Below are positions 49,641-62,750 of a stretch of 64,000 bases of DNA, one piece after another. The translations under genes were made by a program, and so were the position numbers. This DNA is from Narcine bancroftii (Eukaryota), in the NCBI RefSeq assembly GCF_036971445.1, contig NC_091478.1, forward strand, positions 101,556,001 to 101,620,000, read 5' to 3'. Position 1 is the stretch's first letter; each line of letters starts with the position of its first letter. The notes under the pieces are model-generated. The model ran no database searches, was not told where the DNA came from, and saw only the letters and a list, made by a program, of their open reading frames with translations.

Positions 49641-50619
49641 ACTTGGCAATGATGTACTTCAATAACCGGTCACTTTAATGACAACCAAGCAAAGGTACAT
49701 CAAATTAGATTAGACATGACCCATTTACAAATGGCTGACTCAGCTGCTAGATGTTTATCATTTCCAATATGGAGTAACCAATCTGGGTGAAATTACACCA
49801 TCGATTCCAGTGCTCAGATTACATACTAGAGGAGAGGTGTTCAGTATATTAACAAACCCAATTCAAGACAGCCGAGCACATCTCAATCAAACAATAAGAG
49901 CAGCAGATCTCTTTAACCATTCAATAGGAAGCTCAAGAGCTTCAGGAATCCTTTCTATGAAGAAATAATGAGGGGAAACCAGATAAAACTGTAAAAATGC
50001 CTCCCTTCCTTGATCATGAATGCCAAGGTTGATTGACAGACTAAGGACTACAGAGGAAGATAATTTTAACAGGTCATTGATTAGGCTGCTTTGTCAGGAG
50101 CACTTTGGCACTTCTTTGTGTCCACGATCAATATATCTTTCATTGGTAGGGGGTTAGCACAGGAATGGGATGCTGACATAAGACATAATGAAGGAGTCCC
50201 AACCTCTTCCTCCTTCCATATCTTCCATCCTCTTTTACACTGTTACTTCTGTTATTCTTGAACATTCCACTTCTTCTGACAGTTAAATATTTCTGCTTTG
50301 AAAATAATTTCTCGGGATTAATTAATTTTCAAATATTGCTTCCATTTCCCAGTTCATTCTCCCACTTTGAATATTTATTCTTTAACCACAACTCATTTCA
50401 TTTGGCTTCATTGTCGATATGGAGGTTGGAACAAGTCTAGGAAGCCTGCCCAACTGAGTGGGTCCTTGACCTGAACACCAAGATGAAGGAGTAGTGCAAA
50501 GGGAAAGTCTGCACAAGTGAGACAGGCTGCAAATATTTTAATTAACTGCAGCAAATTCCTCTGATCTTGAGGAGATAATTGTCAAAGACAAAACAAAGAC
50601 AAAAGGCTTGGTTTATATT

Positions 50620-51095
50620 TTGTCCTTCACACCCTCAGATGTTCCAAAGCATTTTCCAGATAATTAAACACTTCTGAAACATATCCACTGTAATAAATGA
50701 TTTTTAAAAATCTGCAGATGTTTACATCTAAATTTAAACAGAAAGTATGGGAAAATTTGCCCATGGAAAAAAAAACAGGCAACATTTCAGATGAAGATCC
50801 TTCATCTGAACAGTACTGTCGGAAATGCTGGAACCAATTTGAGCAATGCAAGATCCCACAGAGAAGTGTCATGATTGGATTTTCTATTGGTGATATTGAA
50901 CTGGGCACCTTGCACTTCTTTAAGATCAGGGAGAGCTGATGGATACCAGTTTAATAGTTCACTTGAAAAGCTATCACCTTCAAAATTGCTGATAGAACAG
51001 AATGTGTCGGAGGACATTTTTGGGATGAAGTTCCTGAAGTGGGTCTTCAGCCCAAAACCTTCTGACTCAACTGCAAGAGTGCCACCTTTCTGAGC
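50620..51095 (-). mobile_element. DeuSINE/SacSINE1-like SINE interrupted (~50700-50815) by a Penelope terminal fragment
   Basis: ctcagatgttccaaagc, ccaatttgagcaatgcaagatcccaca, ttctgactcaactgcaagagtgccacc; insert ctgcagatg..aacatttcagatgaagatccttcatctgaa. Confidence 0.55.
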
Positions 51096-51714
51096 ATCAG
51101 TTGTGATTATAATTGGAATACACAATCAAATGAGGAATTTGCCCAACAAACTACAACTTCTAATACCAGAGAAAGATTTGGGGCTCAGTTTTTGTACTAA
51201 TGCACCATATAAATATACATTGGATTTGGTTGGAGAAAAGCATAGTGAGAAATCAGAAAGGTGTGTTCAATATTGGAACAATGTTCCAAATCTTTAATTA
51301 CAGGCAAACTATAGAGACAGAGACCAAAAGAGTTGAATTTGCATTGATCTTACTTGCAACTTCAAATGACAAGGAAACATTGGGAAAGATGTGGTAATGG
51401 GACCACTAGAACAACTTGCATAGCAGGGGAATAGAAAGAGTCAAAAACAAAATGTAGCACAGCACTCTCAAACCCAAATAACTTTTCCTGCAGGCATTGA
51501 ATGATGCTTGGATTTCTTGGAATAATGCAGGAAGTAATGAGTGAGATTGATTCTTTATGCAACATTTTCAAACCCAATTTAGCGTTCATAAAAATAGAAG
51601 GTCCTGGTTTGAAGGTGTCGATCCTAAGAGGCAGTTTCCTCTGACAGGAGATTCTTGAAAAAGAGGGTTCAACTCAGGATAAGAAGCCAGTATTTTTTTT
51701 TTCCCCAGTAGAAG

Positions 51715-51890
51715 GCACGATGGCACCCAATTAACCTACCAACCCAATATGCTTTGGAGGGGGGGAAGAAACGGGAGCAGAAAACCCATGCAGGTTACAT
51801 ACAAACTCCTTACAGACAGTGGCAGATTTGAACCTGGGTCACTGGCACTGCAATAGCGTTGCATTAACTACTAGACCAACTGCACCACCC
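51715..51890 (-). mobile_element. HE1/V-SINE-like SINE
   Basis: acaaactccttacagacag..tttgaacctgggtcactggcactgcaatagcgttgc. Confidence 0.75.
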
Positions 51891-54164
51891 TATTGAAGAG
51901 AAAGCCATCATTCATTGGATTACGAACCTTTCGAACTCTAACGCAGAGGACTGAAAGTGCTCGATCCCGGAGGACGTTCAAGACTGAGAGAAACAGACTG
52001 AATCTGGACATTAAGAAATGGGGAAGAAGAACAGCCATGATCTTTCTGAACAGTTGCAGAACCTTAAGAGAACTTATGGCCCACATGCCATCCTAGTTCT
52101 ATTAATATAACCCTGTGTGATCGGAGAGACATTATTGGAATTGTTTAAATCTAACAATCCTTGACCCTTATCCTTCATAAATACTGTTAATATGAATTTC
52201 AAAACCATCCTCTCCCACTTTTCCATATGGATTTCAACATTCAGAAGGCCCTGAGAAAAAGATCAAATAAACCACGTGTAATGTTCTTTCCCCCAATACA
52301 TAAATATGCAGAAGGTCGTGCAGCCTCCATAGGGAGAGTCACCAACCCTTTGATATTTCGGCAGGTAGAAGCAAAAGTTGGTATGCGCCTGAATAGAAAG
52401 GTGGGGGGAGGGGAGAAGAGACAAGAGGAGGAAGGAGGACAGGCTAACAGGTGAGAGGTCATAGTTGGATGCAGGTAGGAGGGTAGAAGAGAAAAGCCGT
52501 GAATAGGGTTGAGGGTAGCTCTCTGATAGAAGGGATGGGGGTGGAGCCACAACTCCTGAACCATTGTTACACAAGACTAGCAGCACAATGTCTGCAACTG
52601 TTCATCCTGAGTGTGCAAAAGTCACTGCCCTGGAGCCATTGGTAACAGTGGGTAGTTGTCCAGCACAATATTCTTCAGTCTTTGATATTTTTTTAAATAT
52701 ATACATTAATTCATGAATTAGCAATTCAGTAAAAAATAGTTCAAAAGCTTCATTCAACTATGTGTCCAACTGCAGATCTTCAGTGCCATTGGACAAATTT
52801 AATTTCTTTCAAATCTCCTTGCTGCTTAGGAGAGCTTAATGTTTCATGCCTTCTAGTTCGCTTCAGCTTCTGTTGACCTTGGCTGGGTAACTGAGGGGCA
52901 ACTATTTTATTGTTCTTTCAGCAGAAGGTTGAATGATTCGGGTCAAAAATACAAGATAAAAATTCGACTGAAAATAAAAACAAACAGTTGCTGATTGACT
53001 CCATTACCTGGATGGGTCTTTCCCCATTTAAAATTCCCATTGCTTTTCATGTATTCAAAACAAAACGAATTCAATTATTATCAGTAAAACTGCACACAAA
53101 ATAACTAAATATAAATAAGACAGAACACATTCAGATGGAGAGCAAGAAGCTGAAGCCTAAGCTGCCTGGGAACGATGAGTAATACTTATCTGGCTGGCTG
53201 AGCAGAACATGTTTTTATTAAAAACGTATCCATCACGGGACTTATCCATGACTGGAGCCTTCCAATAGTCTGGTTTCAATGACAGTTGTGTGGAGTGCAT
53301 GGCTGTCAGGTGGATAAACAATGTGTGCAGTTGCTTTGAACAGACTGGATACATAAGCATTGTTTCACAGCACTGCAGAGAGAAAGGACATGCCCAAAGA
53401 TTAAACAAAAGCTCTGTCACATAAAGAAATAAAAAGCATTTGCTATTTGCAGGTAAAAGGTGTTCACATACACACGAGAAAGTAAAGCTAAAATGAATGG
53501 ATGGGGCACTTCATTAAGCTGTAGGTTCTGGGAGGAAGTCATGCCCAGCTGATGCCACAGAATGCCAGCTTTGCTGTCGGCTTCTGTTCAATTAAAGTAA
53601 AGTGGCAAACTGCTTGTTGTAATCTTTCATGCTTCACATGGAGAAGGAACACATCCTTCACCTCATGACTTCAGCCTTGACTAGTCTGGTGGAGCGTGGG
53701 CCACTGAAGGGCCTCAGTTACATGTCCCACATAAGATCAACACAGAGCCGAAGGGCAGTGCTGCATTTTTAAACCCACCTGGCTGCAGCGCTCCCCTCAC
53801 TTCAATGCTCCTTGCAGCATTATAGGATTTTTCACTTCCACTTGAAGCAAAAAAATCTAAAAGACATTTTATTGCATATAAGAAAGCTCAAGAACCATCA
53901 CTCAGATATTCATTCACTTTATTATCTGTGACAATCTGTCTATTTCACAGTTTAGGTTGAGTAGATTTGCCATTTTTATGTCACTTGTTTTACCTCTCAT
54001 TCATCCTACTTACTCATACCTCGGAGCTTATTCCCCAAGATCCTGCAATCTTTCTCATCGAAAATCTGATTTTAGAAGTCCTTTTTTTTTTTAAAAAAAA
54101 CTTAGTTTTTGGTAAATGAATGTCACTGACACAGTTTCTAATTGCTGCTGTTAAGCAGGTGCTT

Positions 54165-54725
54165 TTTTTTTTTTAATTTTTCACACTATGAACCATAGTG
54201 ACCAAAATACACACAAACATTTCCCTCTTGAATATACACAGTGTCATTTTCTCCCCTTTTCTCCCCTCCCTCCTTCACCCCCCTTCCCCACCCACTCAAC
54301 GTTCAACATATATGATACATTAAACCCATTAAACAATGTCGTCACACAATGAAAATAAACAAGAAATTTGTGTCATCTACTTTTACATACTGGGTCAGTT
54401 CATTTGTCTTCTTCTCCTTCTGTCATTTACGCATGATACAATATAATTGGTTACACAGGCTATATACACCACGCCCCAAAAGTTAAATAAATGGGACCCA
54501 ACAGTATCAGACAGATGTTTTCGCTGTAAGAAGGAAACAGGAACTGTTAACAGTACATGCAATTTGGGCATGTGAGAAAGTGAAAAGGTTTTAGGAAGAT
54601 CTAAATCAGATATTAAATAAAATCACAAAAAGCAACATACCAAAAAATCCAGAGATCTTTCTTCTAAGTAATATAAGAAGTAAAGAACTTGGAGTCGATT
54701 TGGATGGAGCACAACAAAGATTTTT
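54165..54725 (-). mobile_element. L1-like LINE 3' end with 5' inversion
   Basis: 14-bp TSD TTAAGCAGGTGCTT (54151-64, 54726-39); polyT plus 3' UTR on minus (to ~54428); ORF2 piece on plus: RMIQYNWLHRLYTTPQKLNKWDPTVSDRCFRCKKE..HAIWACEKV. Confidence 0.9.
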
Positions 54726-55234
54726 TTAAGCAGGTGCTTCATTGAGCGGCTACAATTCTTTTGTAGACTATGAAGGAACACTAATATCTTTCTGTTGTAA
54801 ATATTAAACTATGATCACATGATTCAAGGAATGAAAAAGGAAAATTGAGAGAAACTACATCCTTTGCAGCCAATTATTAAGAATGGAACCAAATATTTCC
54901 ACTGTAAACAAATAGCAAAATATGCTCGAGTCACTCAGCAAGTCAGTCATCATCATCTGTGGAGAGAACAACAAAATATCTGTCATAGGAATGATGAGGT
55001 TTGATGCCGATACCTTTGCTCCCTGCTCTGTTAAATATCACCAGCATTTCTGGGGTCTCTGAACAGGAAGCTCGTCTTGAAACGACATCAGTGAAAATCT
55101 GGAACTTCCTTTCCTCAACATGTTGTTTGGTTTGGAGAGGGACAACAACAAGTTTCAAAGCTGTATTTTGATAAATAGATTTGTACAAATATATAGTGTT
55201 ATTGGCCCATTAGAAAAAAAAGAGAAAGGGAGGG

Positions 55235-55278
55235 GGAGAGAGAGAGAGAGAGAGAGAGACACACACACACACACACAG
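55235..55278. repeat. Compound (GA)n(CA)n microsatellite
   Basis: Directly visible dinucleotide runs. Confidence 0.95.
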
Positions 55279-55791
55279 AAAGAGAGAGCAGGGTATCATT
55301 GAATGCTGGAAATGGCTCAATCTGAATGACCTAGTTCTGTTTCTATGTCCCCTCCCCTGTACAGCTCACATGGTTTGAATATCATCCATATGTCAGTTGT
55401 TGAAACTCAACACGGTACTCAAATTACATTGTAAATGTCACTCAGAGGCACACGAGGTCTAATACATCCATAATCTCGTAACTCAGATTACATTTCCTCT
55501 CTAGGCATTCAACAGAATCAAGACACCAGCATTTCCTTAACATATGGTCAACCCCATTCTTTCATCAAAGTTGGCAAGGTACAACAGTTTATAGCGAAGA
55601 CCGAAAAGTGAAGTTACGTCCTTATTGGAAGATTGGCATACATTTTCATAAGCTCTTAAGATAGTCTTGGCAAGTCTAATCTTCCAAAGCAAAAGATAAA
55701 ATAATCCATCAGTAACCAGGAAAGATTTTTTTTAATCATTGTTTATTCTTAAGAGGAGAGAATTTTTGGAAGAGAAGAGTTTATTGATTAA

Positions 55792-56017
55792 GTCATAAAG
55801 CACAGAAAGAGGACATCGACCCATCATGTCCATGCCTACCTCAAGTTTCTATTTAAACTAGTATTATTTATCAGCATTTGTCCTGTAGCTTTGCTGTGCT
55901 TTGGCAATTCAAGTACTCTTCTGAATATTTAAATATTGTGAGACTACTTGCTTCCACCTAGTGCATTCCAGATTCCAACCAATCTTTGAATGGAACAATT
56001 CTTCCTCAAATCCCTTC
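55792..56017 (-). mobile_element. Old CR1 3' end, host of the LTR element (continues ~58766-58900)
   Basis: gcacagaaagagg..cccatcatgtccatgcc tail; tgcattccagattccaacc..ttcttcctcaaatccc resumes as caaccctc..ggaaacgtttcctactatct. Confidence 0.6.
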
Positions 56018-56215
56018 TGTTCTGTCTCTATGTTACTTTGGAGGCTTCTTGAATAACTTAGAGAAGCAAGATTCAAATAACAGAAGAGAATTTACTTACT
56101 GATGTCTTGTCACATTCATATACACATGTCCTACAGTGGTACACTACAGTCACTACATTAAGAAGGGTGTATTCTTACAGTTATAAATAGTTTGCACTAT
56201 CCTGACTATATAGCA
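56018..56215 (-). repeat. 3' LTR (polypurine tract aaagtgaaggaggga at 56216-56230)
   Basis: TG..CA ends; shares ggaggcttctt, tcaaataacagaagag, agaagggtgtattctta and tatcctgact with 58550-58760. Confidence 0.9.
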
Positions 56216-58549
56216 TCCCTCCTTCACTTTATCACTTTCTTTCCTGTGCCACTTAACTGAACTTGTACACTAATTTGTTTACACAACTATTTTTAAATAG
56301 TTCTTATCAATATCACACTGGCGGCAGCGTGTTCCTTCGCCATTTTGTGGATTTGGCTGCGAGCGTTGAGCTCTGTGTTGTTGGTCCACGTGGAGGTGAT
56401 GTAGTTTTGCGGTGCTTCACCTGACAACTGCTGTGTTAATGTTTCGGTATTAGTGGTTGTGGTCTCTTCACTTGCTATTGGTGTTGCAGACTTTTCTGGT
56501 ATTAAAGCTTTCTGCTTCATCGCATCTGGTGTCGGCCGGATGTGAATTCTGTTCCTCCTCGGCTTTTTGCCAGAGTCTGTCTCGACAATGTATGATCTTG
56601 GTGTCTCAGCTTCTCTGATGACCTTTGCTGGGGTCCAGGGTTTCAACATCAGCTCTTGAATATGCACGTGGTGCCCTCTGAAGAGTTCTGGCAGTGTTTG
56701 CGCATTTTGTTATAATGCTGGCGTCCTTCTTCTTATGTGCCAGCCGGTCTTCTGGAGGGTGTCTTTTGCTTGGCAGAGTTGTTTTATATCTCCTGCCATT
56801 TAGAAGTTCTGCTGGGGACTTCATGGCAACCCTTAAATGTGTTGCTCGTCAGGATAGAAGAGCTAGGTATGCATCTTCTTTTATTTCATGACACTTAACG
56901 AGCATGCATTTCGCAGTTTGCACTTGTCTTTCAATGAACCCATGACCTTTGGGGTAGTATGGGGATGATGTAGTGATAACAAACCAACTTTATGTATTCT
57001 TGTGACATGAACATTGTCACATATTACTTGTTTGGGTATTCCCTATTCAGCAAGGAGCGCTCTCATTTCTGAGGTGATAGTTGATGCTCTCAGATCTTTC
57101 ACCCTTATGACAAATGGAAACAGTAGTCCCAGGTTACTATTAAATACCAGTCTTGATTCTCGATGAACAAGTCTGCTCCTATTGTGTGCCATGGCCTGGT
57201 AGGTACTTCTATGGAAATAATTTCCTCTTTTAGTTGTATGTTTCTGTTGATCCTTATGGATATCTTCTTCACCTGGATCTCATAATTGACAGAGATCAAT
57301 TGCAATTCCTGACAGCTATCCAAACCTAGAATTGCTGGTCCATCTGTGTCTACCATGGAGAACATACAGAGGATGTTCTTTCCCTTATTGCAGTCATTGA
57401 TCTTAGCTCTCCCAAACTGCTTGATCATGGGTCCACTATAGGTCGTTAATGTGACATTTGCTGTTTCCAGTGCACCGTCTTTTGGATACCCTTTTGTTAG
57501 GTTCTCTTGGAACATCCAGCAGTAGAGTCTGAGTGGAAGGACGTTGCTTAACCTTAAGGTTAAATATCGTAGGCTTGTTCTGGATTGTTCTCAGTATTTG
57601 CACGCAACTCGCTTCCTTCTTTCATCTCACCCAACAGCTCGTGAAGGTGTATGGATTCCATGTCTAGTATCTGGGTGTTGGAGTCCTCATTGTTTTTCCC
57701 TTTTATGTCTTTTTTTTTCTTCACTGGTATTATGGTTTTCTTCATACCAGACTTGCACATCTTCACCCTGTGGTTTGCTTTACTACAGGCTCTACATTCC
57801 GAACTGTATGCGGAGCATTTGTTTTGGTCATTGAAAGGGTGTTGTCTGCCGCACTTCCTGCAGGTCTTGGGGGTTTGCACTTTTCTAATTGTGTTCTTTA
57901 TAGCATCAACCCTTCCTTCTCTTTACTGTAGGTGGTTCTGCATAGATAGGGATCTCATTTGCATCCTCGTGGCTTTGAAGGCTCTGGCTGTGTCTATAGC
58001 TTTGGCCGGCTTCAAGCTATCCTTCCCTATAATAGACTTTTGCACGTTAGGATGGACACTCCCCCATATTAGTTGGTCAACTAATCTTTCCTCTATATCC
58101 TTATATCTGCATTTTGCAGCAATAATTTTTAGTCTAGTGAGGAATTTATCAACAGTCTCTTGCATGAAGCATTGAAATTTATAGTGTTTAATTCTAGGTT
58201 TAGACCTAGGTTCAAGGTGAGAAGCAAACTTTGCAAATATCTGCTCTGGATCATTTTTCTCCACCTCTGTCAGCTCCCAGCTATTAAATAAGTCAAGGCC
58301 TCGCTCCCCTGTCCAGAGAAGTAGAAAACTGACCTTCTCATCTGCCGTTGCATTTTTAAAATAGCTTTTGAATGCTGGAACTTTTTAAAAGATTCACAAT
58401 GTCTTCAGCCTCTCCATCCATCACTGGGTGAACTGCTGTTGCTCCAGCCAATTTTTCAGTGATGTTTATTCTCTTCTTCCCCTTCAGATTTCAGTGATTT
58501 ACAATCAATTGTATGGCTTTATTCTCGTTCTCTTATGCCACTGCCAGCA

Positions 58550-58760
58550 TGTTACGTCTGCATTACTTGGGAGGCTTCTTAAATAACTTAGACATGCAGG
58601 TTTCAAATAACAGAAGAGAGTTTATTTACTGATGTCTTTCACCATCTTAGAACATATACATATACATACGTTCCACAGTGATGCACTTCAGTTACTACAG
58701 TGAGAAGGGTGTATTCTTATGTGATTAGAAAATAGTTCACATTATCCTGACTGGACAACA
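58550..58760 (-). repeat. 5' LTR (degenerate tRNA-Leu-like PBS tgctggcagtgg at 58538-58549)
   Basis: TG..CA ends; homologous to 56018-56215. Confidence 0.9.
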
Positions 58761-59233
58761 CCTTCCAACCCTCTTTCCGACATACCATCCAGTTTTCGAA
58801 ACCACTGCTCTGTGGAAACGTTTCCTACTATCTGCCCAATCAACACCCTTGCATCTGACCTTGCGCCTTTCAATCTCTCACCATTTAATAAAAGGTCTGC
58901 TTTTTAAACTAAAGTGGACAATTTCATATTTTCTGCATTAACCTGCAGTCTTTGAACTCATTCTTCATGCTATTAACTGGCTTTTCTCAGTCTAAACACA
59001 AATAATACCCTCCATAATTATAATATTGTCCTTGTAGGTTGTACCTCCAACATTGATCTGTTGTTTCTTAGCTCAACCCAAACTGATTCTACTTCTTGAT
59101 TTTCAACACTCTTTTCTCTCCTTTAAACCATCCCTTAATATCAAAATATCCCTCCTTTTCCAATATGCCTCCACTTCTCAAAGTATCCTGGAAAATGCAA
59201 TCCCCTACCCTAATCACTGTGCATTGATTTCCT

Positions 59234-59443
59234 GACAGCACGGTAACAGACCTTCCCTCTCAAATACCCCCACCCACCATTAACCTGCAATCCGCGCACG
59301 TTTTGAAGGGTGGGAGAAAAACCAGAGCACAGAGAGACATGCAGACACAGGGAGACCATACAAACTCCTTGGAGTCAGCACTGGATTAGAACCTGGGTGG
59401 CTGGCATTGTAATAGCATTGCACTAACAGCTGCGCTGTGTCAC
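59234..59443 (-). mobile_element. HE1/V-SINE-like SINE
   Basis: acagcacggtaacagacc tail; ttttgaagggtgggag..catgcagacacagggag..caaactcctt core. Confidence 0.8.
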
Positions 59444-60829
59444 CCAATTTCTATTTGGGTCACTTTTATAAATCAGCAAGAATTTAAATAAAATGGAATT
59501 TTGTGCTAATTTCCCTTCTCTACTTGGGGTTATATTTGTATTGTTTATCCTGTCCTGGAAGATTCTTGTCATTATTAACCATTTTGCTATCATCTTGCAC
59601 ATTCTTTCTCGCTTTCTAGATTCCTCCCAACCCACAAAGCATACCTCTATTTATCTCCAGCCATGGTTACTATTGCCAGTGATGAGCAGAGAGGTTTTAA
59701 GGAAGAGGATGGGGTTTCAGTCTACGGACAGTTTAGAAGACCCTTAAGTGCACTTGTAATCAAGTGTCAATGCGTATCCAGTGAATGAACTTCATGGCCT
59801 CACACAGATTTAGATACAGAATTACTTGATAAGATATTGTTTTGCCACATCTTCTTGCAACTAACATTCATATTTCTGCATTTAACTGCGTACATACAGA
59901 CTTTAGAATTGATTTACCCCCACAGTAATTTCACTAACACTATTGCAAAAGCAAAATTTTACCCCATTACTTTAATAGATACAATGGACTTCAGGTAATT
60001 CATGTATTCCTCAGAGAGGAAAATAAAAGCTTTCCAAAAAGTATTGCTAGATGCCAAACAAGCAATAAAGTTTGCCTGGTTCCAAATTTGAATTATAGGA
60101 TGAAAGAAAGAACAAGATCTATCCCTTGATCAACCCTAGCATTTCATATTCTATTCTCAATTATTCCTCTGTCCCAAGATTGGTTTTGAAGAATTCAAAT
60201 CCCTCTGGTAAAAGTGGCAATTCTGTTAAGTGAATGAACAAAGCCAGCAAAGTGTCCTTTGACTTCGAACACCTTTGGTTGGGGCCCAGCTTAGACAGAG
60301 GAAAGTGATGTCCCCTTGCCAGCAACTAATTTGGGCAGACACATTTGGCAACACCCAGGAGTCTGATCTAGAATCATGGGAGCAGAGAGATTAGGACCAT
60401 TATCACCAATACGCAGCACAAGTCTGGGTTGGAATTGCAATTTAACAAAAGCACAATGAATGAGAGACATCAGTCTTCCTGTCACAATGGAGTCAAATAT
60501 GGAGCTGTATTAACAAAAGTAAGTTCCATTTCTCAGCCCCAAATTTTACCTTGACCTTACTTCCATGTACAGAAACACAAGAGGAGCCAACAAAAGCATC
60601 ATTTTGCAACATTCACCTACACAAGACACACATTATGCAGGCTCTACAAAGCCATTGCTTGTAATCAAAAGGTACCTGGATTAAAATATTGTCCAAATCT
60701 CTTTTCATATTTTTTTTTAGGAATATATTTTGCCACATTCAGTCATTAATTTTCTTTTTCTGCTCTTCTCATAAATTCATTTGAGTGAAAAGGGTTCAAA
60801 ATGAAAAATGCAAAGTTATCCAGCTGGTG

Positions 60830-61052
60830 AAACACAGTATCTGCAGATGCTGGAATCTGGGCCAAGCAAAGAAAATCTGGAAAGGTTCAACAGGCCAGAC
60901 AGCAAATGATGGAGAGAAATGGACAGCCCCAATGATTTGTATTCAGGCCATTCCTTGAGACACAAATAAGAATCACAGCCCAAAACAATGATTGTCCATT
61001 TCTCTCCCTGGCTGTTTCCTGACCTGCTGATCCCCTCCAGATTTTCTATGTT
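60830..61052. mobile_element. Palindromic Penelope-terminal-repeat unit
   Basis: aaaatctggaaag..caggccagacagc..ggagagaaatggaca vs tgtccatttctctcc..gctgtttcctgacctg..ctccagatttt. Confidence 0.65.
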
Positions 61053-61157
61053 TATCGGTAGGTGGTTTGTACCAACATGAACTCCATTTCATACTAATTA
61101 GGAGATCTTTGCTAATTATGCCACTGTGTATGGATGAAGTGTATTAATAGAGAGACA

Positions 61158-62090
61158 TTCAAGTTCATTATCATCTTATATTTGTAAAGTACAACTGGAT
61201 GAAACAGTGTTCTTCAGTCCTCATTGTAAACATGCAAACCCATATAGCACACATATTTACAAGCGATTTATATGCAGTCCATATATATTTTTTAAAAATT
61301 ATTAAATAAATAATAGACTCTCAGGTGGTTTGTATGAACAGTTCATCAGTCATTCAGTAGTCTCACTGCATGTGGGAAGAAGATGTTTCTCAGCCTGGTA
61401 GTTCTGGTTCTGATATTCCTGTATCCTTTTCCCGATGGGAGTAGCTTGGAAGATGCTTTGTGTGGGGTAGAGCCCCCTTCAGACAATGATCCCAGTAGAT
61501 AATGTCGATGAAGGAAGGGGGAGATCCCAGTGATTCTCTCTGCCGCTCTTATGGTCCTGTGGATTGATCTCCAATCACGTACCACACTGTGATGTAGCCA
61601 CCCAGGACGCTTTAAAATGTTGACGGGATGGTGGCTGGTAGCCTTGCCCTCCTCAATCTTCTCAGGAAATACTGTTGCGGCTTCCTGTCAAGTGAGGAGA
61701 TGTTGTGTGTCCATTATAGGTCACTACTTAAGTGGGCTCTAAGGGACTTGGTGCTCTCTCCATTACAGAATTCTTGATGTGCAGTGGAACTCAGTAATGC
61801 AGGTGGGGACCTCACTGGACTGCTCAGACATTCCCACCTCCAACCTGGTGACTCCTCCCCATAGTTTCCCAAGAAAGGCCGGGAGCCCTAGTTTTGGATC
61901 TGGGCCAGAAGCATGTAGTTATGTGCTGGATGTTTCAGGATATTAAAGCCTTGGATCAGGTGCTTCATGTCTGCTTGTGGCTGTTGATTGTGTAACAGAG
62001 GGTAGTCATCCCTAGCCCCCCTGAAGTCCACAATCATTTCCTTTGTCTTGTCCACATTGAGACTCGGGGCTTATATTCTCAGTTATGATG
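61158..62090 (-). mobile_element. Rex1/Babar-like LINE 3' part with an unidentified insert (~61790-61985)
   Basis: DWRSIHRTIRAAERITG..LPSGKGYRNIRTRTTRLRNIFFP; ctcaatgtggacaagacaaaggaaatgattgtggacttcagg at ~62020-62065. Confidence 0.8.
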
Positions 62091-62521
62091 ACTTTTAAAG
62101 ATTTTCTTTTGCTCTCCCCAAATCCTTCTCCCATCCCACACCCTCTCTGCTGAACCTTTTGATGCATCACCTCAGTTTTCCACATCAAGCTAAGTGACAA
62201 GGATGGGAAGATTTGCATAATCAGTCTCAAATTCAATTATCATCTCTCTCAGCAGTCACACAGTTTAGGATATCATACAACTTAAGGTAATGAAACTAGC
62301 TCTTCAGCTCAACATTTATATCTATCCACTTCAAAATATCAATAGGAAATCACAAAAATCTGTAGACATCATGGTTGAAGCAAAAACACAAAATGGTGGA
62401 GAATCTCAGCAGGTCAAATGGTGCGCTTTGCTTCATAAAGTAGCAATTGTTCAATTCTTCCCCCCCCCCCCCCCCCCCCCCACCCCCATTTTTATCCATC
62501 TTGACCACAATTGTATCTACT

Positions 62522-62750
62522 TTAATTTAATTTAGAGATTCAGCACAGTAACAGACCATTGCAGCCAAGGATCCTGTGTCACCCAAATACACCAATTAAC
62601 CTACAACCCCATCCATCTTCAGAACATGGGAGGAAACCTTCACGGGGACAGGGAGAACATACAAACTCCTTACAGACAACACCAGAAATGAACTCAGGTT
62701 ACTGGCACTGTAATAGTGTTGTGCTAACCACTGCATTAACTATGCTTCCC
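62522..62750 (-). mobile_element. HE1/V-SINE-like SINE
   Basis: ttaatttaatttagagattcagcacagtaacag tail; acaaactccttacagac core. Confidence 0.8.

Larger units (their letters stand above)
56018..58760 (-). mobile_element. Ty3/Gypsy LTR retrotransposon, internally deleted (gag-PR-IN, no RT/RNase H)
   Basis: Two TG..CA LTRs, 5-bp TSD CCTTC (56013-17, 58761-65), PBS, PPT; gag ETVDKFLTRLK..LVDQLIWG; knuckles CRKCGRQH and CRACSKANH; protease end AILGLD; integrase PTRPWHTIGADLF, SPAELLNGR, TPRSYIVET..RRNRIHIR. Confidence 0.93.

Noticed and set aside
57651-58175. 174-aa hydrophobic plus-strand ORF as an env-like or membrane protein
   Set aside because: Antisense of the Lys-rich gag region; hydrophobicity follows from the T-rich complement.
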